Shown here: piece after piece, positions 1 to 14,464 of the stretch
Position numbering within the stretch: the first letter of the stretch is position 1
How the letters are laid out: every line of letters begins with the position of its first letter
From: Vicugna vicugna
Lineage: Eukaryota
Direction of reading: 5' to 3'
Assembly: GCA_013265495.1 (NCBI GenBank)
Contig: MU058570.1
Location: 124,001 to 188,000 of the forward strand
DNA: 64,000 nucleotides
Program-made: the position numbers and the translations under genes
Notes under the pieces: generated by a model
The model's database searches: none
Seen by the model: only the letters and a program-made list of their open reading frames with translations
What the model was told of the DNA's origin: nothing

Positions 1-166
1 TCTGATTTTTTTTAAACCATCAGGAAAGCATATTCAATTTGCAGAGAACACACTTTACAAAAAACAACATCATTAAAAATATGTGCTGGGACAAAAAACT
101 CAACCAAAACAGGTGGAGAACTGTTTCTTATTAACAGTTAAACACCAGATGGGCCAGAGATAATTA

Positions 167-355
<189 letters not shown>

Positions 356-3300
356 TTACAAAAAGAAAAAGTAAAAACACCATGAACATTACACTAAACA
401 GTATAATAATAACTAATGTTTTAAAATATCTTTTGGAGAAAATGGCAAGACCCAGAATGGAATGTACTGAACAGCCGATTAGGGTTTGCCTAAACTGAAG
501 TGCACTGTCTGGTAACTAAAAACTGTACTATTGGGCACTAACATCTGGACAATTTATATGCACCTGTGGTCCCTAATAGGACAGTGTCTGTACAGAAGAT
601 CCTTATGCAACAGTTCTCTAAGGATTTTCTCACAAAAGGAGGCTTTCTAAAAAACTCAAAATAACTCGCTGCAAATCTGGATGGCAACAGGAGCAAATTT
701 GGCAACATTTACCAAAAAGCTTTAAACTGCCCTTACCTTTAATCCAGTAATTTCATCAGAATTTATCCTAAGGACATAATAAAGATTTAGCACGGACGTT
801 TAGCAGGGATTGTTGTTCATAGAAATTTAAAAACCAGCTAGTTCAAGAAAAGGGGACTCATGGATCGGTCTCTATGTTTATCTATATTTATTCATAAGAT
901 GGAAAACCATGCAGCCCATTAAGTTATGTTGTAGAGAAATATTCCCTTTCACAGAAAGATGTCCACAGGAAGACGGCTGCCTAAAGAAAATGCAAGGCAC
1001 TAAGGAGTCTGCAGAGCATCACTAAAGTGGTCAATAACAAATGTATCCATTTAATTTACACACTCATTTCCAGGTGGCTTGATATGGACTTTTTACCACC
1101 ATTTTGCTTATTCATCTCTTCTTATGTCTCTATAATGACTATGTATTACCTCTATAAAGGTAACAGAAGTTATTTTAAAATTCAAGGGCAGTTTCTCAAT
1201 AAATAGCATAGCATTTTTTTAAACAAAATTTGTATTCTAGAACATTAAGACACTTTTTTTCAGCCTCCAAATCTTGACTAAAACTAAAATTATGGTTTTA
1301 AGGATTTTTTTTTCTTTCTTTCTTTGTTTTTAATGCTGGTAAGGGGAGAAAGCAAGGTAGGAATCTGCTGCTTATCTGCCAGGATGCAAGGTATCAGTGC
1401 TGAGAAAAAGTTTAAAATGGCCAAGTGAAAATGTGAAAAGCTAAAACAACTGATTTCTTCTCACCATAAAGTCTGCCACCCACTAAATAAGAAATGTGTA
1501 AAATATTCTACATTTCTCAAACTTCGTTTTAAAAAAGTTTAATAGGTAATAAAGGCATATGTTTTTTAAAGGAAAAAGTATAGAAAAATACGTAAAAAGG
1601 AAATGTGCCTCTCATTCCTGCCCTCCAAGCACTCAATTCTCTTCCCAGAAGCACCCACTATTACTAGTTTCTTGTGCATACAAATACTTCAAAAGTATAA
1701 AGATTATATGTATGTATTCTTTTTTTTTTTTTATACCAATGGTAGCATCTATGTACGCCGTTCAACACATCCCTTTTTTTACTTGGTAAAAGATCCTGGA
1801 GAGCATTCCAATGAGTACCTGCAGGTGTCCCTCATTCCATTCCATCAAATGGCTATCAAATAGTTTCACTAACTGGTACATCCTTAATGGACATTTAAGT
1901 TATCTGGAATTGTTTGTTATCACTGTTGATGCTTAAAAAAAAGATTCCAGATAACTTACAGTGCATACGTTTGCATACAGATGTAAATGTGTTTGTAGGA
2001 AAAATTCCTAAAAATGGAGTTAATAGATTAAAGGAAATTAGCATTACTAAATTTTGACAGATATTTTATCTAAAAGACAACGTATGTGAAGGCTTGTTTC
2101 TTTCTACCCTCACAAAAGGCATATCACAAGCCTTTAACCTTTGCTGGTCTGACAGGTGTTTAGGATGTTAATGTTTTTGTCTCTTAATACAAGTTGAGTA
2201 TTGCTCTCACTTATTACAAGGCAGTTGTATTTGCTTTCCTGAGAATGGCCTGTTCACTGCAGAACGCTTTTAAGAACAAAAAAAAATCTGGGGACAATTT
2301 AACATACTTCTGTGGGTCTTTTTTGGAAAGAAATAAAATTTTACTTATGAAAATGACTTTCAATTGACATGGTCACTGCAAAAGAAAATCTTGCATTTAT
2401 AACTGACAGAATCTTAAAAGATAATCTCAAAACTGAAGCATCAAAATTGTAAAAACTGTAAATCTCCATAGACCACTCCTCACCCCTACTACAAACTCTC
2501 CCCAGCCACTAGTTTCAGAAAGACTGGATTTGCCAGAAACTTTGAAGGCAGAAGATCACCAAGCCCACTTCTACCAATGATTTTTACCCTTTTAATTTCT
2601 TGCTGCATCTCATCTTTCTCACAGAGCTGGTGAGCTCCGGCTTGCATTTTTCTACCTCCTATTTCTATATACATTCTAGTTTGTATTTGTATATTTTGCA
2701 TTTTCTATTATCATTTTGTATTTTATCTTTCTATATGGTTGTTCTTCCTCTCCGAGGAAACCTCACTGGCTATGTTTAAGTTGAAGAAAACCTTTTCCAA
2801 CAAGCTGTTGATCACGAAGTCCAATCAGAGCCTATATATTCCATAAACCCTCAGCAGTGAACAAATATAGGTGTTTTATATACATATATATGAATATGTA
2901 TGCATGCTAGTCTTGAGTGTTAGTGTAAAGGATTTCTATTTTATTTACTCATGCATTTATTCTGTCTTTCACCGAAACTCTGAGATTCTTGAGATTTCTT
3001 CAGTCTTATATATCCCATTTTATCAAATAAGATTTGCTTGATGGTGCACGTAGCCAAAGCTACTATTAGATGCTGTGCGGCTACTGTGCCATCTACGTTT
3101 TCATTTACCTCATACCAAACTAAGTAGCTTCTGCTAGCTTAATCTCACTGTCGTTTCTCTAGACGAACTGACTTACCAGGGAAAATAAACTTTACTTGTC
3201 TTGGTTTGAAGCCATGCCTGTCTGCGCATGTACAGATACAGTTTATGCAGACTGCAGTCGGGACTTCCCTGTCTCAGCAGCTGAAGCTTGGGCTCTGAAA

Positions 3301-3699
3301 GCTGGACTGTCCGGGACGGAATCTGGCCTCCACTCCTCACTTGTTAGTCATCTGGGGCAAGCTGCTTAATGTCTCGTAACATTTTCTTACCTATAATGTG
3401 GGGATTGTAATAATTCCAACCTCATGGGGTTTCTGTGAAGATTAATTGAGATAGTCACGTAAAGCATTTATATGGTGATTGCGCCAAAGTAAGAACTACC
3501 TTTTCAACAAAGGTTCATATAGTTTCTTCTTTAAAGTGAGGTTAATGTTCTCCTTTCATTTTACACAACAACCTTTCCTACCCACATGATTACTAGTTTA
3601 GACCAAATTATTACCCACAATTCAGTATCAACTTGAGGTAAATACAAAGACAAGAATTTATAACAAGCTTAACAAATTATTTTATGCTAGCATATATCA

Positions 3700-3873
<174 letters not shown>

Positions 3874-4461
3874 CTAGAGGAAAAAAAAAGAAAAAAAAAC
3901 AGCATTAATTGAGTATCAATCACGTAGAGTATTATAGAGATACAAAGTCACCAAAAATTATATAGAAGACAATTATGCAGTTTGAATCACCATTCTAGAC
4001 TGACAGCTGAACTGCTCCCAGACTCTCTCCTTAAGCCCTTTCCTGCTCAACCAAAGAGATGGGAAGGAAGGGGAGGCAAGCAGGGGTTTGCCTCATATTA
4101 GCCACGCCCCCTGCTGGGCCCCCTTTCAGCAGTTCTCCTTTCATCTGTTTTATTCGCTGTGCTTCCTCTAAAGATTTCACTTGGAAAAAGGATTTCATGC
4201 CTTAATGTGGAAAACTACCTGTTATATGTTTTGCTCTTCTCCTGTTGATCACCCTGAGATCCAGGAGGGAGAGTCAGTGAAAAAAAGACAGTATCAAATT
4301 TAGATAAAGAATGATAGTGGGGAAAAAAAAAAGAGGTAAAACTGTTGGCTGAAAATTTTTTTTTTGTTCAATAGGCTAATTATTTCACATATTTTACATA
4401 AAGACTGCCTCTAGGGTAGACATCAGAAACTGGGACATAGACATGTATTATTATTTTATAC

Positions 4462-4800
4462 CAGGGGTCAGCAAAATTTTTCCATAAAGAACCAGAGAGT
4501 AAATGCTTTAGGCTTTGCAGGTCACATTTGGTCAGCTGCATATTATTTTTCGTTGTTTTATAATTTTTAAGTCTTTAAAAATGTAAAAAAAAAATTCTTT
4601 TTTTAAAAACTTTTTTATTGAGTTATAGTCATCTTACAATGCTGTGTCAAATTCCAGTGCAGAGCACAATTTTTCAGTTATACATGAACATACATACTGT
4701 CACTTTTTTTTCGCTGTGATAAAAAAACATTCTTAACTCACAAATTGTATAAAAACAGACTGTGGGCCAGATCTGGCTTTTAGTTTACAGAACTCTTGCT
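4462..4800 (+). mobile_element. MER58-like hAT DNA transposon interrupted by a ~120-bp L1 3' end (4600-4719, minus strand)
   Basis: CAGGGGTCAGCAAA terminus; inner insert flanked by taaaaaaa(a/c)attctt duplications. Confidence 0.75.
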
Positions 4801-5317
4801 TTGTATTGTATTATATACGCTGTTTTGAGTCAGATGCATATTATGATGTCAGAGTACTTTCAATTTGTAAATGAGCACATTTTTCAAGGGATACATTAAT
4901 TCCAACAGTTTTACTTTAATGTTCAAAAAGGAGTAAGTTTCATGAAAAAATTCATGCTAAGATAATAACATTTTCATTCTAAATAAGATAAATAATTTTT
5001 AATAAACATTTAAAATTAAAATACAGGCACAAATTCAGCAACCTCTTATATCTTAATAAAAATAACCAAATAAAATTAAAATATACTCTAAAATTTCAGC
5101 AAAATCAGGATGAGTTTTAAAAAAGGGTCTTCTTACTAGGTAGTCCTCAAATTCTCAAGCATTAAATATCCAAGAAATTAATGCTATGATCAACCTTAAG
5201 CTGTACTGTGAGAGCAGGGACATGGTACACTCTGCTCATCCCAGGCCTGCTACACAATAAGTGCTAAACCTCTTGGAGACCTTGGAGACTGGAGAAACTT
5301 CTGTACGATGATTTCTT

Positions 5318-5514
5318 TCATTCTTTTTTCTTTTTTTAATTATTTTAAAAACTTTTTTCGGTATTTTTATTTACTTATTATTGTATTATTATTTTATTTT
5401 GGCAAGGGGGGAGGTAATTAGGTTTATTTATTTTTAGAGGAGGTACTGGGGATTGAACCCAGGACCTCATGCATGCTAAGCATGTGCTCTACCACTTGAG
5501 CTATATCCTCCCCC
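5318..5514 (-). mobile_element. tRNA-Ala-derived SINE (vic-1-like) with target-site duplication (TSD)
   Basis: tRNA-like head with A box and B box (GGTTCAATCC), A-rich tail. 17-bp TSD ctgtac(g/a)atgatttctt at 5301-5317 and 5515-5531. Confidence 0.88.
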
Positions 5515-6338
5515 CTGTACAATGATTTCTTAAAAGTTTTTTTTTAATTCATAAATTTTTAATGTATATAAGTGACCATTTACTTAAATGTTATTTCACT
5601 TGTAAACTAACCTCTTTATGAAAAGGAATACAAGTCACATTTCAGTAGCTGATTCTAGAGCAACCCCACTCTCAACTATCCTACTCTCTGTATTACTCCA
5701 TCCCTCAGCACTTCCTATTTTACATTTTCCTGGTCTTTACTTTACTTAACTTTATTGAATCTACAACTCCACCCGCCACCTCAGGGAAATCTAAAGAATG
5801 GCAGTACAGCATGGTCTAGAATCCCTACACTGCTTCAATGGTGAGCTAAGCCTCAAAGAAATACATGAAGACATACAGCAGGGAATCCTAAGAGGTGATT
5901 TTAAAGGAGTTCTGTTAATTCTGAGTATCCTGGGTTCACCTTTTTTTTTCTTTTCCTTTTTTTAAATTCAGGTATAGACAGTTTACAATGTTGTGTCAAT
6001 CCTGGGTTTATCTTAAGAAAGGTCTTCCAAAATTATAATGCTACCAATACTCAGGAGCTGGCAAAATAAATTCTGAATTAAAAGGTGCTTCAAATAAATA
6101 CGATATTTAGCACAGCTTCCTCAGTGTTCCCGATACTGAGCTTCTTCATAGTAGCCCGTCTCCTGCCACCTCCTTTTCACACTTGCCTGATTTGCCACCA
6201 AATAATTCACTTAGTGTCTGGGTCTCAATTTGCCACCTGCAATGATTATGAGCAAATTCCTAATTTGCAGGGTTAATCTATATTCTGTTCAAAATTTTAA
6301 AACTAACTTTCTATAAACCAAGCCAAAATTAAAATTTA

Positions 6339-6491
<153 letters not shown>

Positions 6492-6547
6492 TTAGAATGA
6501 AGGAAAAGGCAAATTTAATATGGAATTAGTGACACTACCACCAAGAC

Positions 6548-6748
6548 CAGGTGTCAGCAAATTCTAGCTCATGGGCCAAATCTGTCCTGTGGCCCATTTC
6601 TGTATAGCCTGTGAACCAGTAAGAACAGTTCTTTTATTTTTAAAGGATTGTTCGGAAAGAAGATTATGTGACACAGACTACATGTCACGTGTACAAAGCC
6701 TACGATACTTACTATCTGGTCCTTTACAGAAAAAGTTTGCCGACTCTG
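6548..6748. mobile_element. MER58-like hAT DNA transposon
   Basis: Inverted termini CAGGTGTCAGCAAA ... TTTGCCGACTCTG. Confidence 0.75.
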
Positions 6749-7133
6749 ACAGAGAATATAGCTGTGAAGAGCTCATGTGGGAAAAAAAAAAAGGTCTAAA
6801 AAAATACGAATTTTGTTGACTTTTAATAGTGAAGATAGTAACAACTTAATGATTCAGAAATTTAGATGCTTCACTATAATTTGCAGTAATAGTTCTACCA
6901 ATATGAATGAAAAATAAAGACATGAAATATCTGATTTTACATTGACCTTATATCATTATAATCTAATTTAACAATTAATAGATGGAAAAACTTATAAAGA
7001 GAAGGGAAAGTATCTAAAACTTGCAATATCAACTTATCCCCAACATGGAGAATATTAAGAGCTTTCTTTATATGCTAAGAACATTGTATTGGTTAGTCAA
7101 TCAATCAATCAGAAAGAACACTGTAACACACTA

Positions 7134-7343
<210 letters not shown>

Positions 7344-8366
7344 CTAAGAGAAATATTAAAAACAAAACAAAACAAATGCAAGCTTTCATTTATGCAAATA
7401 TATTATGGGGTAGGCACATGCAGGCATCAGATAAATAGAAATTAATTAGACATAATCTCTGCAAATCTTATAAACTAACAATTGCTACAACATCAATAAC
7501 ATATTACTGTACAATCTGACGATAGCAAAACCTCCGCAAGTTCCAGATGTCAGCGTACACTTGTTTTAAGTATCTAGTTCCTAATGTACTTAATGATGTC
7601 ACCTCCAAACCTGAATAAGATACTGAAGATAGATTTTGTGGAAAACAGATAATTAGCAGCATGATTTGAGCTTCCTCCACAGCAATGTGTTGTTTTACTA
7701 CTTTTAGAGACTGCATTTTACAGTTATTGGGCCATTTATGATTTGGGATCCACACATCATCTTGAGCATACTTCTACAAAAGGGGCTACAAAGTAAATTT
7801 CAGTAAACTTACTGTCTTCCTATTATCTTCTAAACTAAGGAAGTTTCCCACAGCAACAAAAACTGTTTAAAGGGTATAAATACTAAGTTAGACTAGACCA
7901 ACAATTACTAGCATGAGTACAAAAGTGATCTTAAATTAAAAAGTAAAATCATCCTGAAAGTCCTCTATCTCTTATTCAGACATTAAGTGCTTGGAGAGTG
8001 TTCGTGACCTTGGCTTTACTCAGTCAGGTCACATCCTGCAGCCATGCACGGACCATGACAAGAAAGCCAACTTGTGCACTGAGTGAGTCTACCCAGTGAC
8101 AAAAATTAAAGGCTAAGCTACAGATTATTACACCTTAATGTAAGTTAATTTCAAACTGAACAACTTCTACAATTATTTTTAGAATAGTTCACAACTCTAA
8201 AAATGTTTGCATTTCAAAGCATTAACTAGTAAGTAAATAAAACTTTCTTTTCTTCCTTATGTAGTCACATTTCTAAAACTTTTTCTAAAGTTGGATTACT
8301 ATTTCAAGCGTCTTTGTTGTTATTGTTTTTCAGAGATTCCATTAACTTATTTAATAAGTATCATAC

Positions 8367-8433
8367 CTCTATTTCATTCAAGGCTGACTCTAAATCATAC
8401 TTCCAGTTCTTCTTAAATTGCCTCATCTGTAAC
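8367..8433 (-). CDS. TOPAZ1: TOPAZ1 exon 13 (RLQMRQFKKNWKYDLESALNEIE)
   Basis: GTTAAAG|G acceptor, GAG|GTATGA donor; 67 nt, phase 2 to 0. Confidence 0.9.
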
Positions 8434-9179
8434 CTTTAACAATAGAAAACAGTTAATTATGTTGACTTCCCAAAAAAGTCACTGTTGCTCCTAATTCATT
8501 TGTTTTATAATCTATGCCTAAGAGACTGGAGAAACAGTAATATACTACAAAAATTTTCAATGTTGAAGAAAATGGCAACTGCACAGATATGTAACTCATA
8601 CTATTTCCTCCCAAATGACAGGCAACAAGGAAAAAGCAAATTCCACTGGAAACCATACTTTAGCCTAACTTGAAGACAAAGAATGTCAAAACTTCAAAAC
8701 AATTGTGAATAAAGAGAGGAAAAAAATTTTAATATGAGCCCTTGATCTCTACTGCTCCCACTCCATCCTCACTGTTCCACAAAGAGTTGTGGCAAGCAAA
8801 GACTGACCAAAACAAACCAAAAATGTGAACTGGTAAAGGGACTTAACATTGATTAAGAATCACCATCACAAAGTCCTAAGTTTGAAAATGCTAAGAAAAA
8901 AAGTGGGTAGATGAGAACACAAAACACACAGAAGGAACTTAAAAGCTTGTACGATTTAAAGGCAACAATCTGTGAAATGCATAGCTTCTGGGAAAGATAA
9001 AAGACAAAAATGAATGGAGAGGCACCCTTTGGCAACTTGGACGATAAGAAAAGGGGGGGAAAGGAGAGGGTGCCATTAAACTAAGAATACTGTACAACAG
9101 CCAACTATGGGGCCAATTTTGATAATTACTTCTAATGCTTTATAATTATTCCAGAGCATTAAAAAAGGACAAGTTCCTA

Positions 9180-10255
9180 ATTTTTATCTATTCATCTTTT
9201 GATGGACACTAAGTTGCTCCGTATCTTGACTATTGTAAATAGTGCTGCTATGAACACTGGGGTGCATGTGTCTTTTCAAATTAGAATCTGTCTTTTCCAG
9301 ATATATGCCCAGAAGGGGGACTGCTGGCTCATACAGTAACTCTATTTTTAGTTTTTTTAGGGAATCTCCATAGTGTTCTCCATAGTGGCTGTACCAGTTT
9401 ATATTCCCACCAACAGTACAGGAGGGTTCCCTTTTCTCCACACCCTCTCCAGCCTTTATTATTTGTAGACTTTTTGATGATGGCTATTCTGACTGGTGTG
9501 AGGTGACACTACATTGTAGTTTTGATTTTCATATCTCTGGTAATTACCAAGGTGGATCATCTTTTCATGTATCTACCGACCATCTGAATGTCTTCTTTGG
9601 AGAAGTATGTATGTAGGTATTCTGCCCATTTTTTGACAGGGTTGTTTGTTTTTTTGATATTGAGTTGTATGAGCTGTTTGTATATTTTGGAAATTAACCT
9701 CCTGTCAGTCACATTGTTTGTAAATATTTTCTTCCAGTCTGTAGCTTGTCTTTTTGTCTGTTTTATGGTTTTCTTTGAGGTGCAAAAGCTTTTAAGTTTG
9801 ATTAGGTCCCATTTGTTTATTTTTGCTTTTATTTCTTTTGCTTTGGGAGACTGAGCTAAGAAAACATTGGTACGATTTATGTCAGAAATTGTTTTGCCTA
9901 TATTCTCTCCCAGGAGTTTTATGGTGTCATGTCTTATATTTAGGTCTTTAAACCATCTGAGTTTATTTTTGTATATGATGTAAGAAAGCAGTTCAATTTG
10001 ATCCAAAATTGCTGTTTTGATTCCTGTAGCTTTGTAGTATTGTTTTAAGTCTGGGAGGGTTATGCCTCCAGCTTTGGTCTTTTTCCTCAGCACTGCTTTG
10101 GCAATTCTGGGCCTTTTATGGTTCCATATAAATTTTAGGACTATTTGTTCAAGTTCTGTGAAAAATGTCATGGGTAATTTGACAGGAACTACATTAAATC
10201 TGTAGATTGCTTTGGGTAGTATGGCCATTTTAACAATATTAATTCTTCCAATCCA
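9180..10255 (-). mobile_element. LINE-1 ORF2 3' fragment (internally deleted)
   Basis: Track peptides [29 protein letters not shown] and [15 protein letters not shown] are canonical L1 ORF2p C-terminal motifs. Confidence 0.93.
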
Positions 10256-10339
10256 ATAATTACAAATTATTAGGCACAACTTAAATACCCATACACTGAT
10301 TGAATAATCTGAAGTATAATTTGTGTATTGTATTAATCT

Positions 10340-12235
10340 ATACAATGGAGTATTTTCAGTTATAAAAGAAGGACCAAATTCTCTATGAACTGATTTAGAT
10401 TGATTTGCAGGATATATTGCTTGAGTGAAAAAAACAAAGCTGAAAAGAGTATTTAGTATATGCTACACTTCATGTAGTAAAGAGTTAGATATAAAAAAAT
10501 ACATACATATCTGCTCATTATAAGAAGGATAACCCCAGAAACTGAAAGACTGGTTACCTTCAGTAGGTAGGTAGAAAAGGGATAGAAAGAAGGAAATGGA
10601 AATGGCAGAGTAGGAATAAGGGGGAGCAACACTTGTCATTGTGCATCTTTTTAGTAGAGCTTTGACTGTTGGAACAAATAGTAATGTTTCACATACTTCC
10701 CTAAATAATTCAAATTGACAAGGATGTGGGATAACTCCAAATATAATACAAACAAAAGCAAGTAAACCTAGGAGCAGGGTATAGCTCAGTTGGTAGAGTG
10801 CATGCCTAGCATACACAAGGTCCTGGGTTCAATCCCCAGTACCTCTGTTAAAATAAATAAGTAAATAAATAAACTTAGTTACCTCCTCTCCCAAACAAAC
10901 AAGCAAAACCAATAAAAAAAACTTTAAAAAAGCAAATAAACCTAAATGGTCTACAAATGAATAACCACAGTGAATGCGTGTGGGAAAAAAGAACTAACCT
11001 AAGTAACTTAGGAAACTATTTTGGCTGAATACTGTAATATCTTTATACTAATAATGCACTCTAGGTAGATTTTTTTTCCCATACAGGTATGGGTTAGCAG
11101 TTCTGAAACTACTTTATATGGATAGCAAAACAATAAGTGAACAAACATATTGCAGGTAGTAAGAGTCAGGTTTCTCACTGTTAGAGAAAGAATTTATAAA
11201 TAAGAAAAAGAGAAGGCTAAAATAAACATATAGCGTCAGATTAGAATCAAGCTATCAGTATATACTCATGTTTCTTCTAATGTACATAAATATTAGAGAA
11301 ATAAATACGTACCTTGTGTGTATGCATGTTTTGTATACATACATATATACTTCCTAGCCCTGTCCACTGAGAAGACCTGGCTGCAAGGACACTGTAACTG
11401 CCATGACACTCTAGGAGCAATGAACACATTCAGATCTTGGTTTTTAAATACTGTTCTCTAATAAAAGGAACCAGAGCTCCTTAGAGGAGTGTTGGTTGCT
11501 AATGTTGGGGCAAGGAAAAGAGAAGATGAGACTTAACTTTGTGGCTGAAATAACAAGAAAGTAGTGGAAAGATAAAGAAAACATGATGAAAGGATGGGAC
11601 CAACCTGAAGGAATTCCCAAAGGTCAAATTTGGAACAACTTGAGCAACAAAATAAATAATGACAGAATTAGATCATAAATAGCCTATAGAATAAAATAAA
11701 TAGCCATGAGTTCATACTGATATAAATTACTGAACAATAAATGGAGAAGGAACAGCTGTTCTTTACTGAAAAATTCCAATTAATAAATGTAGAAAAAATG
11801 TGGAAAATATCATAGTAGAAACTTGTAGTAAAGAGCCACTGAAGAATAGTAAAATTAATGTACGATGTTTTGAGAAGAAATGGAGTAATACATAATGCTA
11901 AAGTCTCTTCCCTGAGATATTTATTAATCACAGTGGGACAAAGAGTAACTTTACAGTGTAGAAACTTGCTTGGCAGATAATCTTTTTAATTAAGTGGTCA
12001 AGCTTAACTTAGCCAGTAATACAACATGTTGAACCATGCACACCCTACTACGATACCATGAGAGCTGCAGCGAGTTAGTGGACTCATACCAAAATTAACT
12101 TCCTGGTTTTGATCATGGTTCTATTATTATGTAAGATGTTAACATGAACATAACAGATGAAGGGTACATGGGAATTCTCTACACTAATTTTTGTAATATT
12201 TCTGTAAATCTAAGATTATTTCAAAATACAATTAA
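10340..12235 (+). mobile_element. Old L1M (L1MC/MD-like) 3' UTR
   Basis: Begins TACAATGGAGTATTTTCAG and ends GTAAATCTAAGATTATTTCAAAATA; subfamily uncertain. Confidence 0.6.
10771..10927 (+). mobile_element. tRNA-Ala-derived SINE (vic-1-like) with TSD
   Basis: TAGCTCAGTTGG A box, GGTTCAATCC B box. TSD aaaagcaa(g/a)taaaccta at 10754-10770 and 10928-10944. Confidence 0.88.
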
Positions 12236-13929
12236 GTCATTAAGTGTATGTCGACAAATTTCCTAGATTATATACACACCTAAATTCTCACTGATTTCTT
12301 GAATATAAATGTTAGAATTCTTCGTAGTAGCCTTATCTACTGAAAGTAAAAGCCTTTCAAATGAACTATAAACTAGCTAACTAAAAACTATAATCAAAAT
12401 CAAACTAAGAATAACCATTAAAATTCATTTTCCTTGTCTAGACAAGGATAATTATTTTAAAGAGTATCAGGAAAATTTAAATATAAAATAATAAATACTA
12501 AATTTTTTCCCATCTGCCCTGGGGCTGGATCCACATTCCCAACCATCAACACCCCTTAACTATCTACAGTTATTTTTCTATTTTCTCCTTCATTAAATAG
12601 GTCACCAATGTTAATACCTCCTAAAAAATACTAGATAATTGCTTTAAAACAGGCACATAGGAATAGGCAGAGTGTATGAGGATACAATTTCCAAAATCAG
12701 GGAATGTCAAATAAATCGTCATAATTTTGGACATAATTGTCACAATATTTAAGCCAAATTAGATAAAACTGTCATAATTAATAGGCAAAATAAAGATTAT
12801 TAATTATCACTAGTTAAAGGAATCATAGAACTTGAACTCAACCGTGTCTTCAACGCTGCGGCTGGAAGGAAAGCGGCAGCACGCAGAGCTGCAGGTCCCT
12901 AGCTGCACATGGCGCTCAGGGCACTAGCGCAAACTCACAGGGGCTCCTCAGGTTATTTCATATTTTCAAGCGACATCAGACAGACACTGTCAAACTACTA
13001 TTAACTTGTTTGGATCTAACTATTTAATAAATGATACTGTTAATGGGTTCCTTTTGGCCTCTGGACACTGTGAACCAAGAAAGTTTGGAAACCTCTGTAT
13101 TAGAAGATAATGAGAAATGAGATAAAAACAACCGTGGGAGCTCCTGTGAAGGAACTTTCGGGGCATTCTCAAGGACTTTGGTGGCTGCTACCATTTGCAC
13201 TTTATCAAATTTGATTTCATTAAAAAGTTATGGTTCTACTGTATAGCACAGAGAACTATATTCAATTTCCTGAAAAAAGAAAATTCATTGAGCTGTACAT
13301 GTTAGGTTTGTGTACTTTTCAAGTCTGTGTTATGTTTCAATAAAAAGGTTTTAAAAATGGGAAAAAAAAGTCATGGTTCATCTAAATATTTAAAATTAGT
13401 ATACTTTTCTCTATGTATGTGACAATTTAATAAATTTTTTTATAAAATTCATTTTATGGCTTTTCTTTTTCTCAATGCAGGTATACTATGATACTACTCT
13501 TATAACTCAGTATTTTTTTTAAAGGTGAACAAGTGAGAGAAAGAATGAAGGAGGGGCATTAAAATAGTGTATTCAGCTAACATGACAAGACGTGAATGAA
13601 ACAGAAAGAAGGATTAAGGTAATCTGTATACATACAAGAGAGTGCATTAAGTAGAATTATGTAAGCTGTGAAACAGCAAGAGAAACTTCTTTTACTTTTG
13701 ATCTGCCAGGCACTGAGATGAAATCAGGCACTGAAAAAAGATTTGGTGAGGCAGGACAGAAGGGTTGGCTAGAGGCAGCTGATGACAGTGCGGCCAGGCC
13801 ACAGCCAAGGGAGGGAGAAGGGTTAGGGTGGGCAAATATCTAGATGTAACATAAGTGCTTTGTCTTCATCCTTTTTAAGTCCTCACCAAAACACATATAT
13901 TTTAGCCTTAATTATAATGATTTTTCTTA

Positions 13930-14118
<189 letters not shown>

Positions 14119-14464
14119 CTAAGACTGATGGAAGAAGTGAAACATGAAGACAAATAGAATTAAAATTCATTTCAAAAAATCTGAAGTGTATTTTTCTTCA
14201 AATATTTGAGAACCACAATAAGATACCTTATTTCAAGAATTTAAAGCAAAAATGAAAATAATACTTTTGAATTCAAACTTGAATATTCTTCCTTTCTCCA
14301 AAGTATCTCAACCACCTTATCAGTAGTATCTCCTTTTGTTGGGTACTCATTCTGTCTTTTAGTAAGTATAGCACTTATACCATATTCCTGATGGTAAAAT
14401 TTCTGAGAAGTATCAAATTGAGGTTTTACAACTAATATAGGTGATTAGTAACAACTTAAAAAAA

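Noticed and set aside
2489..2701. 70-aa minus-strand ORF in intron 16 as an extra exon
   Set aside because: No recognisable homology; exons 16 and 17 already join in phase.
9557..10345. 262-aa ORF as a new gene
   Set aside because: It is an L1 ORF2 remnant kept open across an internal deletion (relative to the 17.4-17.6 kb copy); it lacks the RT core and has no splice context.
10771..10846. tRNA-Ala gene calls at SINE heads
   Set aside because: Each has a SINE tail, several have TSDs, and the stems are degenerate; these are retroposons.
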